From IMG/VR virus record IMGVR_UViG_3300042475_004151: 64,000 nucleotides of DNA; one strand, written 5' to 3'. This DNA comes from a virus. This document shows, one piece after another, positions 1 through 9,841 of the stretch. Under the pieces are notes generated by a model. It did not search any database. It was not told where the DNA came from and saw nothing but the letters and a program-made list of their open reading frames with translations. Every line of letters starts with the position of its first letter. The first letter of the stretch is position 1. A program made the position numbers and the translations under genes.

Positions 1-1007
1 TCTGTAGAAGAAACAGCAATTGGATTTTCATCTATTATTTGTGATAATTCAGTAAATGTTGGATTGGTTGATATTATTGTTAAACTTAATGTTTCTAATT
101 TTATTTTAACAGAGTTAATTAATTTTTGGAATATTTTTAATATAGAATTAATAATACCTATCAATAATATATAATCATCTATTTTTTTCTCTAAATTTTT
201 AGTCATATCTTGACTTACTCTATCAGATATTGTATAAGTAGAAGCAGCTGCTTTAACTGGGGATGGAGTTAATAAATCAGTTGATGCGGCTACTGCTTGT
301 ATTTGTAATTGTTTCTTTTTTAATGTTAGTAAAACTTTAAAAGCTACTAATGCTGTTTGAAGTACTTTAAGTAATGTGGTTAAAGCGTCAACTGTAGTTT
401 TTAAAGCCTTAACTGTATTTTTTAAATTATTTACTTTACGGTCAAAATCTTGTTTAAATCTTTGATAGTCACCAGGATTTTTAGGTGTGAATGTAATTTT
501 TCCTCCTACAACTTCCACACGACCTTTATCTCTTAATTTTCTTTTTGTACTATTTATTATCTTATTAATAATAGCATTAGCTGATTTTTCAGCACTAATA
601 AATTTGGTTAATAAAGGTAATATAATACCTATTATAGCTTTTTTAGCATCAGTAGGACTTGTTTTACTTTGCTCTTCTAAAAAGTTTTGTTTATCATCAA
701 GTGCTTTTTCAGCAGTGTCCTTTTTAGCCTGCTGTTGATCTTTTATATTATCTATTTGTTTTTGATTACTCTCAACAGTAGGAACAGAAGCTGCTTGATT
801 TGGAGCATTTACTCTAACCATATTACTAATAGATGGACCGTATGTGTCTCTTAAGAAGAGAATTGCCTCACTAACTAATGAATTAGGTCCATCAATAGGA
901 GATGTAGGAGAAGGTCTACCAGTATATATTATTTTACTATTGTCAAAAACAATAAGTGTTTTATTAAATCCTGATGTTTGAACGCTATATGTAAATCTAT
1001 TAACCAT
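1..1007 (-). CDS. Hypothetical coiled-coil protein, probably structural (3' end runs off the window)
   Basis: ATG at 1007 overlaps the TAA of the upstream gene (TAATG); frame MVNRFTYSVQTSGFNK... appears open toward the window start; not in ORF track. Confidence 0.7.
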   Translation of the reverse strand, partial: MVNRFTYSVQTSGFNKTLIVFDNSKIIYTGRPSPTSPIDGPNSLVSEAILFLRDTYGPSISNMVRVNAPNQAASVPTVESNQKQIDNIKDQQQAKKDTAEKALDDKQNFLEEQSKTSPTDAKKAIIGIILPLLTKFISAEKSANAIINKIINSTKRKLRDKGRVEVVGGKITFTPKNPGDYQRFKQDFDRKVNNLKNTVKALKTTVDALTTLLKVLQTALVAFKVLLTLKKKQLQIQAVAASTDLLTPSPVKAAASTYTISDRVSQDMTKNLEKKIDDYILLIGIINSILKIFQKLINSVKIKLETLSLTIISTNPTFTELSQIIDENPIAVSST

Positions 1008-1438
1008 TATATTGTGAAGGATTTATCAGATTTAAAATTATCAAGGTTAAGTTTTATCTGTTGTAATCTACCTTTTAACATCTGTTCAGCTACAATTAAT
1101 GTAGGAGGGACTGCTGCTAAAGTTGTTACTAACTCACTATATGAAGCTATAGCACTCATTAAATCAGTTAATATTTGATCTAATTGCTCACCTTTTACTA
1201 CAGGTTCAGATGGACCGTTTTTTTCTAATCCAAATTGCATTCTAGGAGCATTAACTAAAAACATATTCTGCTCATTATCACTGTCTACACTTCCTACATC
1301 AATAGTTACTTTATCACCTGATGATATATTGATATAACGTTTGGCGTTAATATAAACATCATTAGAACGAGCATTAAATACTAAACGTCCTGATGATAAT
1401 ATTACTTGTTCACCATTATATTGTTGTATGTCTTTCAT
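1007..1438 (-). CDS. Baseplate spike / gp5 C-terminal-like protein
   Basis: QVILSSGRLVFNA, INISS, and EPVVKGEQL motifs typical of myovirus spike C-termini; in tail hydrolase operon. Confidence 0.55.
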   Translation of the reverse strand: MKDIQQYNGEQVILSSGRLVFNARSNDVYINAKRYINISSGDKVTIDVGSVDSDNEQNMFLVNAPRMQFGLEKNGPSEPVVKGEQLDQILTDLMSAIASYSELVTTLAAVPPTLIVAEQMLKGRLQQIKLNLDNFKSDKSFTI

Positions 1439-2601
1439 TATTTTAAATAAAATGTTCTAATTAAACCTACACCAATTGATTCTTTTGTTTCCGCGGGCCA
1501 AATTTTACCTCCACTTGGGTCAAAAACAACATAAGTACCATCTTTATTTTTACCATTAATTACCATCCAATGGTGGTTTTTAGTAAAACGATTTTTATAA
1601 TTAGGATTTGATACTTTTTTATTATCCCATTCAAATGCTAAAGGTCTTGTTTTTAAAAGAGTATCTATAACAGTTAATGATGTTGTATCTTGAATAACAC
1701 CACTCACACCTATTGATTTTGCCATTGAACTCCAATATACAACAACTGATTTTGATGAATTACTCCAAAACCATTCAGGTGTGTATCCAGCATTATTTTT
1801 TATCTGAGTAGCTAACATAGAAAAACTATTATAAGCACACCCATATCCTTTCATAGTATATTTATCTGACTTTAATGAGCCCCATTGTTTATCACCTTGA
1901 TTAAATAAAGCACATGGGTAATAATATAAAGAATCAAATTTACCTTCGTTTTGTATTAATTTAAATGATGAACTATATTTTTCAAAATCAGCTCCTGATT
2001 GAGGAATTTTTCCTTTATTCCTATTTTTAACACCTACTATATTTAAAAGAGATACTTCAGATACTAATGATGGAGAATTTGATTCACGAACATTAAATTG
2101 TTCATTTTCTTTAACTTGAATAACCTCATATATTTGAACACCTTCTTCTGGTGGTAATCCATCAAATTCAGCTGTGTAAAGATCAGTATTTGCTTCTTCC
2201 TCAACTGAACCAGTTAGAGGAGTTGTTACTATTGGTGTTGGTTCTTCAGTAGGTAAAGTAGCAGGTATATTACCAACTTCTAAAATTGGTTTTTCAGGTG
2301 CAATAATATCATTTGGATTAGTAATATCATTTAAGTTTAATGTATCAATGTTATTATTACCTAAAGTAGTATTATAAGAACCATCTTTTGAAATAATAAT
2401 AGCTGATGCTACATTATTTGGATCAATAGGAATAGTTCCATTATATTGTTCTTGTTGTAGTTTATCTAAATCTTGAGTTGTATTTTCAGTGAATAAATAA
2501 GTATTCTTACCATCCATAAAAACTCCATTACCTCCAGGGGCTAGAAGAGAAACATCTCCTTCTTTAATATTTCTATAATATCGTTTTTTATTGTCTGCCA
2601 T
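1438..2601 (-). CDS. Baseplate-associated protein with C-terminal peptidase C39-like domain
   Basis: FNQGDKQWG...YGCA...HHWMVING...VFDP gives a Cys/His/Asp papain-fold C39-like pattern. Confidence 0.65.
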   Translation of the reverse strand: MADNKKRYYRNIKEGDVSLLAPGGNGVFMDGKNTYLFTENTTQDLDKLQQEQYNGTIPIDPNNVASAIIISKDGSYNTTLGNNNIDTLNLNDITNPNDIIAPEKPILEVGNIPATLPTEEPTPIVTTPLTGSVEEEANTDLYTAEFDGLPPEEGVQIYEVIQVKENEQFNVRESNSPSLVSEVSLLNIVGVKNRNKGKIPQSGADFEKYSSSFKLIQNEGKFDSLYYYPCALFNQGDKQWGSLKSDKYTMKGYGCAYNSFSMLATQIKNNAGYTPEWFWSNSSKSVVVYWSSMAKSIGVSGVIQDTTSLTVIDTLLKTRPLAFEWDNKKVSNPNYKNRFTKNHHWMVINGKNKDGTYVVFDPSGGKIWPAETKESIGVGLIRTFYLK

Positions 2602-2602
2602 A

Positions 2603-3604
2603 TTACCAAACTAAAAAGCTATTAGGATCACTAAATTGTCTATAATAATCTTCAGCATATCTACTTCGTTTAGAAGGTGCTACAGATATCTGTTTTCCTC
2701 TAATGGTTATTATTCCACCATTATTATATACTTGTTTTGTTTTATTACAATATGAACATACTTCAACATAATGAGCAAATAAGAAAGCAGCATTATCTGC
2801 GTCTAATTTACTACTATTTAGTTGGAGATTTGTTACAACAGCATTTGGGATTGGATTAACAGCTGATTTAAGAAATTTATCCATCCCGAAAGTACTACTG
2901 AATAAAAAATTCATTTGACTTTCAACTGTAAGACCTATTCTTTTATCTATATCAAAACCGTACGCTTTATTATTCCATGATATTAAACCAAATGAATTAC
3001 CCTTAGTATCAACACCACCTGATTTTAGGTTAAATGATGATTCCTTCATAATATTACCCATTATACCAGCGGTTAATTCTCTACTTAGATTTTTATTTTT
3101 TAAGTAGTTTTTAACACCAGCCATTGTTTGTTGTTGTTGTTGGGTTGTAAATGTAGTTCCTGATGTTGCTCCTAAAGAATTATTTTTATAATCATTAGTT
3201 GTTGGATTGATATTATTATTACCATCACCATTACCAACTATAGTATTATCATTAACAGTTTGGTTAATAGATATAGGATTTAAGTAATAAACTGTCTTAT
3301 CATATTGTTGACTTAATAAGGCAGATTCAGGTATAGGTCCTTTAAGTAAAGGTACAACATCACCTTTAACAGGTAATTGGGTATTATTTTTATAAAATGG
3401 ATAAGCTATACCTATTTTAGCGTTAGCGAAATTATCTTCAATAGGTTTATATTGTATAGATTGATCATTATTTATAACTACAACTTTACCATATGTGTAT
3501 GGATTTTGATTTTTGTTATAATAATTTTCACTAGAATTTCCTCTATTACTAGATCTCAAATCAATACCAGCTCCTCCAGTTTTTATAGTATTACCTGTAC
3601 CCAT
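2603..3604 (-). CDS. Baseplate hub protein with phage tail lysozyme domain
   Basis: N-terminal gp5 OB-like LPVKGDVV..L; C-terminal AGIMGNIMKESSFN...FGLISW...QMNF (Phage_lysozyme2-like). Confidence 0.7.
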   Translation of the reverse strand: MGTGNTIKTGGAGIDLRSSNRGNSSENYYNKNQNPYTYGKVVVINNDQSIQYKPIEDNFANAKIGIAYPFYKNNTQLPVKGDVVPLLKGPIPESALLSQQYDKTVYYLNPISINQTVNDNTIVGNGDGNNNINPTTNDYKNNSLGATSGTTFTTQQQQQTMAGVKNYLKNKNLSRELTAGIMGNIMKESSFNLKSGGVDTKGNSFGLISWNNKAYGFDIDKRIGLTVESQMNFLFSSTFGMDKFLKSAVNPIPNAVVTNLQLNSSKLDADNAAFLFAHYVEVCSYCNKTKQVYNNGGIITIRGKQISVAPSKRSRYAEDYYRQFSDPNSFLVW

Positions 3605-3951
3605 TATTTATTTTCAATTTGTTTTATACTAACTGAATTAATTTCTTGGAATAGTAATTCTTTATCACGATCACTTAACATTCCATCATCACTACCAATA
3701 GTATTAGAAGTCATAGCTCGTTGAACAATACCCGCCATTTTAATTAAGGCGTCATCATTTTTAACAGCTATTTCCATATATTCCTTTAACAAAGGAACAA
3801 GCATCATCGCGTCACCTGGTTCCTGTATCATAGGTTTCAGTTGGTCGATTAATGCTTTAATTTCTTTCTCTTTACGAGTTGCATTCTTGTATATATCCTC
3901 AAGTAGGCTTGAGAAAGTCTTGTCTTTAAATAAAACTTGATTAAAATCCAT
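3604..3951 (-). CDS. Conserved-looking helical phage protein
   Basis: 115-aa ORF, late-type motif upstream, TAATG coupling to next gene. Confidence 0.6.
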   Translation of the reverse strand: MDFNQVLFKDKTFSSLLEDIYKNATRKEKEIKALIDQLKPMIQEPGDAMMLVPLLKEYMEIAVKNDDALIKMAGIVQRAMTSNTIGSDDGMLSDRDKELLFQEINSVSIKQIENK

Positions 3952-3987
3952 ATTGGCGTTTAATATAAATATGGAAGGTAGAAGGAG

Positions 3988-4746
3988 TTAGATTGACATA
4001 GTTATATGTCCATGTTCATAATATTGGTTATATTTCTTAACATATATTATCTTCAAACGCTTAATTATTTTAGTTATTTGAGGTGTAGATGCTTCAGTCA
4101 TCTCTTTAACATAAATGTATAAGGCTTTTTTATTGAATATATCTAAATTTTCACTTTTACGAAATAACTCTAATATAGCATCTGCTATACGAGCATCATT
4201 GGCTTTAGGAAATAAACTAAATAAATTTTTATCAACATATTTAGTAAATTGTTTCATGTATGAAGGAGCATTTTCAGCATATAATTCTTTACCATTATTA
4301 GTTATATCAATGAATATTGATTTATCTTCATCAATTGCTTCAACAGGTGCTCTATCTTTTAATTTCTTGTAGTTTGCGTTATTATATAAAATAAGGTAAC
4401 GTTTAACAATAGTACCAAAATAAGAAAAAGCCTTTCCTTTATTTTGGTTGTAAAGATGTAATTTTTCAAGTAAGAAAGCGACGACTTCATGTTGTAATTC
4501 TGGTATTGTGTCTACTTCTGTATAGTAGAATTTAAATGTATGGATGATATTTTCTGCTAATTTATGAAACGAATAATTAATATGTTCATTAAATATTTGA
4601 TTTCGTTTAGCAGTATCTTTAGTTAATAGATACTCAATAATAGCATCTTCAGTTTCTTGAGTAAAATATATATTAGCCTTTTTTGGCTTACGCTTACGCA
4701 CAGTTCCCTTCTTAGTTAACTCAATAACTTCTTCTTCCTTCATCAT
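3988..4746 (-). CDS. RNA polymerase sigma factor-like protein (T4 gp55-like late sigma)
   Basis: Region-2-like KLAENII..FKF...ELQHEVVAFL...YNQNKGKAFSYFGTIVKRY. Confidence 0.65.
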   Translation of the reverse strand: MMKEEEVIELTKKGTVRKRKPKKANIYFTQETEDAIIEYLLTKDTAKRNQIFNEHINYSFHKLAENIIHTFKFYYTEVDTIPELQHEVVAFLLEKLHLYNQNKGKAFSYFGTIVKRYLILYNNANYKKLKDRAPVEAIDEDKSIFIDITNNGKELYAENAPSYMKQFTKYVDKNLFSLFPKANDARIADAILELFRKSENLDIFNKKALYIYVKEMTEASTPQITKIIKRLKIIYVKKYNQYYEHGHITMSI

Positions 4747-5021
4747 ATTTGGTTCTTAAGATAGTAGTTTAACGAATCTTGTATAGCCTTTAAACTATTA
4801 AAAAAGAATCCAATTTGGTCATCAGATTTAAAAGCTTCAGTTAATTCAACTGATTTAAGTTGTTTATCAGATTCACTAACAATAGCTGCGACACTATCAA
4901 TAATTACTCTTTGTTGTGTAGCTATTTGTTCTAATTTAGTTACTTTTTTATTTAAATTCCAAATGATATACCCAACTATAGTGGCTATCCATAAGCAAAT
5001 TGATATAATTCCTATTATCAT
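4743..5021 (-). CDS. Membrane-anchored coiled-coil protein
   Basis: N-terminal hydrophobic helix followed by heptad region. Confidence 0.6.
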   Translation of the reverse strand: MIIGIISICLWIATIVGYIIWNLNKKVTKLEQIATQQRVIIDSVAAIVSESDKQLKSVELTEAFKSDDQIGFFFNSLKAIQDSLNYYLKNQI

Positions 5022-5791
5022 ATATTTTTCATTAGTTCAGCTAAAGCAGGATTGACCATTTTCTTTAATGCCTTCTGCTTAATTGCTGAGTTGTTTTTAT
5101 TTAAATTAAATGTACTTGATTTTTTTTCTGTTACTTGTTTTTCACCAGTTAACTTAGGTAACCATTCTCTTTCAAACTCAACCCTAGCAGCTAACATATC
5201 AGCCTGATGTAGTACTAACATAATTGCTGTTCTAGGTTTAGTTTCTGGCGCGAATGAATGTAGATATGATTTATTAGCTTCATCATATAGACCATCATGT
5301 GTCCTAATAGCTAAGAATTCATTTTTAGTATATTGAATACCATTTTCCATCAGTAGAAATAAACCACGATCAGGTACAGTCATATACTCAAGACGATCAT
5401 TAAACATATAAGTTTCATTCAATTTATCTCGTCTCCATTGATCAGTTTGTTCAATGTATGAAGCGTTATTTTCATCTCCGAACTTACCTAAGTCATGATT
5501 AATAGCTGAGAATACTAATTCTTCAGTTGTATAAGTATCAAACATATCCATGTCACGCCATACCTTATCTATCTTAAGAGCAGCTTCAACTACACGGTTC
5601 ACGTGGTCGATATAACCTCCTGGGAAGCAATTATGATATTGTGACTTATGAGACGCAGGCATTAACATAAAACGCTCTTCATGTCTAGTGTAAAAATCAA
5701 CTAACAACTCAGCTCTATCTGGGGAGATATAAGTGTTGATGTTATTGATAAATAAATCCCAGTTATCTTTAATTTTCTCAGGTGTTATCAT
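5018..5791 (-). CDS. HD-domain phosphohydrolase
   Basis: PAS...YH..FPGGYIDH, NHDLGK, HDG, LHQAD motifs. Confidence 0.85.
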   Translation of the reverse strand: MITPEKIKDNWDLFINNINTYISPDRAELLVDFYTRHEERFMLMPASHKSQYHNCFPGGYIDHVNRVVEAALKIDKVWRDMDMFDTYTTEELVFSAINHDLGKFGDENNASYIEQTDQWRRDKLNETYMFNDRLEYMTVPDRGLFLLMENGIQYTKNEFLAIRTHDGLYDEANKSYLHSFAPETKPRTAIMLVLHQADMLAARVEFEREWLPKLTGEKQVTEKKSSTFNLNKNNSAIKQKALKKMVNPALAELMKNI

Positions 5792-5797
5792 AACTTA

Positions 5798-5977
5798 TTA
5801 GTCTTGTGGTTCGTTATTAATTAATTGTCGAATTTCTTCAACTTTTTCTTTCATAGCAACTACCATATCTTTAGCTACAGTAATGTTAAAAGATGGATCA
5901 GAAAATCTAGATGTAAATCCAACTAACATATTCTCTAATTGGTCTAATTTTTTATCGGCAACTTGTTTATATCTCAT
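5798..5977 (-). CDS. Hypothetical 59-aa protein
   Basis: MRYKQVADKKLDQLENMLVG...; ATGA overlap with glutaredoxin stop; not in ORF track. Confidence 0.6.
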   Translation of the reverse strand: MRYKQVADKKLDQLENMLVGFTSRFSDPSFNITVAKDMVVAMKEKVEEIRQLINNEPQD

Positions 5978-6300
5978 TTTATATATTGTTTTATGATACC
6001 AATTAAATGTGGTATCGTGTCAAATGTACGTAGTGTATCTGATGTCTCCAAATTTGTTTCTCCAACTATAGTTACTATACTTGGTCCTAAATCTACAAAT
6101 ACCATTGGATATGTATTTGCTTTAAATTTATGTTCTATAGCAGTAGAAAAATCATCATGTTTGATAGCATCAATATCAACATAGGCTATTCCTTCCTCAT
6201 CTAATTCACTCTTTAGCCACTTACAGTAATCACAATCACTTAATGTTAATATCCTTATCCCTACTTCCTCATTTCCCTTTCCTTCCCTTCCTATACTCAT
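5974..6300 (-). CDS. Glutaredoxin-like protein
   Basis: CDYC active site, TYPMVFV cis-Pro motif. Confidence 0.8.
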   Translation of the reverse strand: MSIGREGKGNEEVGIRILTLSDCDYCKWLKSELDEEGIAYVDIDAIKHDDFSTAIEHKFKANTYPMVFVDLGPSIVTIVGETNLETSDTLRTFDTIPHLIGIIKQYIK

Positions 6301-6456
6301 ATTAATTATTTAATATTTTAGAAAAAATAGTGAAAAATCTCTGGGAGGCCAAGCTTTCCTTTGGCGGTCATCCAAATATAAACCGACGGTTTTATCCGGG
6401 CTTTAACGGCTAATTCACTGCTATATAAATATATATAAGTCATAAGAGATAGTCGT

Positions 6457-6951
6457 TTAAAGCGGTGATATGGTGTATTTAGCGCCAATTTTTTTAACGG
6501 TATCGATAGCGTCTTTGGAATGTAGATAAAACATTTCTCTATTGTTCGCGACTCGAATAGCATCTAAATGTTCATGGATTTCTTGTTCTAATTTATAAGA
6601 ATTAAAACATTTAAAAGAAAAAATAGGTACCCATGGTGTAGGCACTCCTGTTGCACCTGAAATTTCTTTTGCTCGCTCTTCTACTTCACGTACTGTCATT
6701 CCTATCTTAACCATATCTGGCATTGATTTATTTACAAGTACATAAACATACTCGGTAGGAACTAAATTACCATCTTTATCTAAGGGACTATCCTGATAAT
6801 AATTTACTAACTCCCAACCCGGACTATCCGGATCAGGAGTTAAAGTAAAGGCAACTGCTTTTCTACAAACTTCTTCTGATGATAACTTATCTCGATCTAA
6901 CCATTTATAAAAGTGAGCATCTTCGATTGTTATTCGTTTGAATGATTTCAT
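6457..6951 (-). CDS. T5orf172/MUG113 GIY-YIG-family protein
   Basis: YVYVLVN..MPDMVKIGMT...ERAKEI..ATGVPTPW...LEQEIH...REMF. Confidence 0.85.
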   Translation of the reverse strand: MKSFKRITIEDAHFYKWLDRDKLSSEEVCRKAVAFTLTPDPDSPGWELVNYYQDSPLDKDGNLVPTEYVYVLVNKSMPDMVKIGMTVREVEERAKEISGATGVPTPWVPIFSFKCFNSYKLEQEIHEHLDAIRVANNREMFYLHSKDAIDTVKKIGAKYTISPL

Positions 6952-7157
6952 GGTTTAAGTTTTTCTCCTGCTGTTGGGTTACCATATATTTTTATATCAT
7001 TTTGATCAACTGTTCTAACTTCTCCTGTGTTATAAAACTTAATTATAAACTGTGGATTTGAATGTATTGAACCTGCAATCATAAATAACACTACTCCATA
7101 ACCTAAAGGTGTTTCAACATCAAATGGATTTTCAATTTCATGTATTGTCTGTATCAT
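6948..7157 (-). CDS. Hypothetical protein
   Basis: 69-aa ORF coupled to next gene. Confidence 0.55.
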   Translation of the reverse strand: MIQTIHEIENPFDVETPLGYGVVLFMIAGSIHSNPQFIIKFYNTGEVRTVDQNDIKIYGNPTAGEKLKP

Positions 7158-7346
7158 AATTATTTAGTTATATATTCTGGTATTAAAATATCTGCTACAT
7201 CATAAAAATCATTCCAATTTGGATTACGCATTACTGATATTATAAGTCTCATTTCTTCTATAAACAATTCACGTTTATTACCTTTTAATTCTATATCATC
7301 AGCTAAGTTTATAATTTCTTGTTCCATAATTATTTAGTTATATATT
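7155..7346. repeat. Perfect 22-bp direct repeat cataattatttagttatatatt
   Basis: Copies at 7155-7176 and 7325-7346. Confidence 0.85.
7160..7327 (-). CDS. Hypothetical 55-aa protein flanked by 22-bp direct repeats
   Basis: MEQEIINLADDIELKG...PEYITK; not in ORF track. Confidence 0.55.
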   Translation of the reverse strand: MEQEIINLADDIELKGNKRELFIEEMRLIISVMRNPNWNDFYDVADILIPEYITK

Positions 7347-8526
7347 TAACCAATTCTTTATTCAACATCATCAATTTAAATTTATTTGGATTACTATTAT
7401 AAATCGATTTAACCATATTATAACTTACATCTGTAGCAAATATTTTCTCGGTAACAATCTTACTTATACGTTCTATAAGTGGTTTTTCAATCGCGTTTTC
7501 TTTAGAATAAAACTCTAAATAGTTAGACAACCTAGTACCTAATGTTGAGGCGATATCTGCTCTATAATCTTTATCTTTACCAACTAAACTCTTAAGTGTA
7601 TTTGTTACATACTGTTCATCTTGACTTAAGATATTTTCTGGTGAAATCATCTTATCCAATTTATTATTAATAAACATTGTAAACAAAGTACTAAATTCAG
7701 TACCAACACTACCTTCTCCAATCATTTGAATTAATGGTAATGTATCTTCAAAACTCTTAATTGAACTAATACTATTAAAGAACATACTAACACTTCTACT
7801 ATTAACTTGTTTAGTAACTAGTTCTGGATGCATCAACATAAAGTTAATACAACGACCATCTAACTTATTTTCTTCAGCCCACTTACCCCAACATTTAAGA
7901 TCAAACTTTAAATTAACACTAATGAACCTCGTTTTTTGAGCGTTGTCAATACTATTAACTAAATAATCTCCATTATCAGGATTTGATGTAAGAATAATAT
8001 GCCAATCTTTAGGCAACTTCCAACTTATATATTGTTGTCTATCTATTAACTCCATTACAGCTTGAATAAATCTCATATCAGCTCTATTCCAATCATCTAA
8101 TAATAGAATACCACCATTTGATTTACCACTAATCCATTCAGGTGGACAATAACTCATACGATTCAAACCAGTTGATTCAAAACCTTTCTTACGATAGTCT
8201 TCAACTGAATTCTCATCTACCCACTCATTCTTATTTTTATCTTTCATTTCAAATTGACGAATTGGAAAACCAACCAAATCACCTATTTCTTCAATCTGTG
8301 CTAAGTTCAATTTAACAAAATTTAAATCTAATTCTTCAGCTAACTGAACAATAGCTGATGTTTTACCAATACCTGAGTCACCAACAACCTCTGTACTAAC
8401 CATTGGTTTATTACTTGACTGTAGATAACGATTATTATCAATAATGTGTTTTAGAAAATCTTTTAATTCATGTACATTCAGTGATACTGATGTGTTTGTA
8501 ATTTTTGTTGCTTTACTTTTTGCCAT
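7330..8526 (-). CDS. MoxR-like AAA+ ATPase
   Basis: Walker A GDSGIGKT, Walker B ILLLDDWNRA, TSNP sensor, Arg finger AQKTRF. Confidence 0.85.
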   Translation of the reverse strand: MAKSKATKITNTSVSLNVHELKDFLKHIIDNNRYLQSSNKPMVSTEVVGDSGIGKTSAIVQLAEELDLNFVKLNLAQIEEIGDLVGFPIRQFEMKDKNKNEWVDENSVEDYRKKGFESTGLNRMSYCPPEWISGKSNGGILLLDDWNRADMRFIQAVMELIDRQQYISWKLPKDWHIILTSNPDNGDYLVNSIDNAQKTRFISVNLKFDLKCWGKWAEENKLDGRCINFMLMHPELVTKQVNSRSVSMFFNSISSIKSFEDTLPLIQMIGEGSVGTEFSTLFTMFINNKLDKMISPENILSQDEQYVTNTLKSLVGKDKDYRADIASTLGTRLSNYLEFYSKENAIEKPLIERISKIVTEKIFATDVSYNMVKSIYNSNPNKFKLMMLNKELVKYITK

Positions 8527-8574
8527 AATTTTATTTTTTATTTATACTTTAATTTACATTATTAATTAAGGTCA

Positions 8575-9816
8575 TTAAGAATTAATTTGTACTTTAGCTC
8601 CGGGCAATTCATTATTAATACTTCGTCCTGAACAATGAACCCATAATGTAGGCTTACATGGTTGTGTTCCGACATTACATTCACCATCAGTTAGATAAAT
8701 TAAGTTTTGATATTTATCTTTATTATCCCATAAATAATCAATTACTGGTTCATAACTTGTACCACCTCTACCTGTTACTTCTAAAGCTTCTTCACTTTTA
8801 CCTTTATATTCATAAACACGACCAATTGAAGCGTCACATTCAATAACAGTCACTTGTGTACCTGTCTTCCATATATGATATATTTCACTTAAAAATTCTT
8901 TTAAATCATCTTTACTAACTGAACCTGATGTATCAATAGCAACTAATGTATTTTTCTTTTGTTTAATTTTAAGAGCTGGATTACCATAAAAACGTTTATT
9001 TGGTTTACGTCTTGTTTTCTTAGTATAAACTTTAGATGCCATACCATTAAAACGTCTTAGATAAGCTCTCCAATCAATAACTGCTTCTTCACTTACATAT
9101 AAATTATCAATTAATTCTTTCAACTCACCAGGTATAGTACCTCTTTGTTTTTGTACTTGTTCAGCTACATCTTTAAGTTGATATTCAATTTGTTTCTCCA
9201 TCAATTTCTTTTCTGCTTCATCCATACCCTCAAATTGTTTCCAAAACTCATGAGACGCTTTAATAGTTACTTTTGTACCATCTCCTAATGTTATTTCTCC
9301 TTGCATACCACCATTATTAGCTTCTTTCATTGCATCTAACATCTTACAAATATCTCCATCTGGATTGTCTTTACATTCCTTCATAAGTAACTCATAATAC
9401 TTTCTAGTACCTGCTTTTAAAGGCATATTCAATTCTTTAAATGGAGAGTTAGTTATTTCTAAACCATCCCAAGTTTCATCTTTGTATTCGTCTTGAATAT
9501 ATTGATTTATTTCAATATCAGCAGCTACATTCAACATTTCTTTTTCTGCAAACTCGTCAAACATTTGTAAGTGTTTAAATGCTATATGTAACAATTCATG
9601 TTTCAAAACAGCTACCTTACATTTATCACCTATTGATTCCCAAAATGTAGGACTAATAACTAACTTAGTATTAATACCATCTCTAGCTACACATGCAGTT
9701 GAAACAGCATCATTTATTTCTTTATTAAGACCAATTAAAAACAAACCATAAAACGGTTCTTTAAACATTAGCGTTTTTGAGTGTTTAGCTATTTCACTAT
9801 GCATGTCTGATATCAT
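8575..9816 (-). CDS. Metallopeptidase-like plus VWA domain protein (DUF2201 type)
   Basis: HELLH zincin motif; MIDAS DTSGS, GRGGT, YLTDG. Confidence 0.85.
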   Translation of the reverse strand: MISDMHSEIAKHSKTLMFKEPFYGLFLIGLNKEINDAVSTACVARDGINTKLVISPTFWESIGDKCKVAVLKHELLHIAFKHLQMFDEFAEKEMLNVAADIEINQYIQDEYKDETWDGLEITNSPFKELNMPLKAGTRKYYELLMKECKDNPDGDICKMLDAMKEANNGGMQGEITLGDGTKVTIKASHEFWKQFEGMDEAEKKLMEKQIEYQLKDVAEQVQKQRGTIPGELKELIDNLYVSEEAVIDWRAYLRRFNGMASKVYTKKTRRKPNKRFYGNPALKIKQKKNTLVAIDTSGSVSKDDLKEFLSEIYHIWKTGTQVTVIECDASIGRVYEYKGKSEEALEVTGRGGTSYEPVIDYLWDNKDKYQNLIYLTDGECNVGTQPCKPTLWVHCSGRSINNELPGAKVQINS

Positions 9817-9841
9817 ATATTATAATTTTATTTTAAATTAA

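Noticed and set aside
6318-6563. Minus-strand 81-aa ORF and short palindromes at 6360-6405
   Set aside because: The ORF overlaps the T5orf172 gene out of frame and spans a promoter; the palindromes are too short to assign a function
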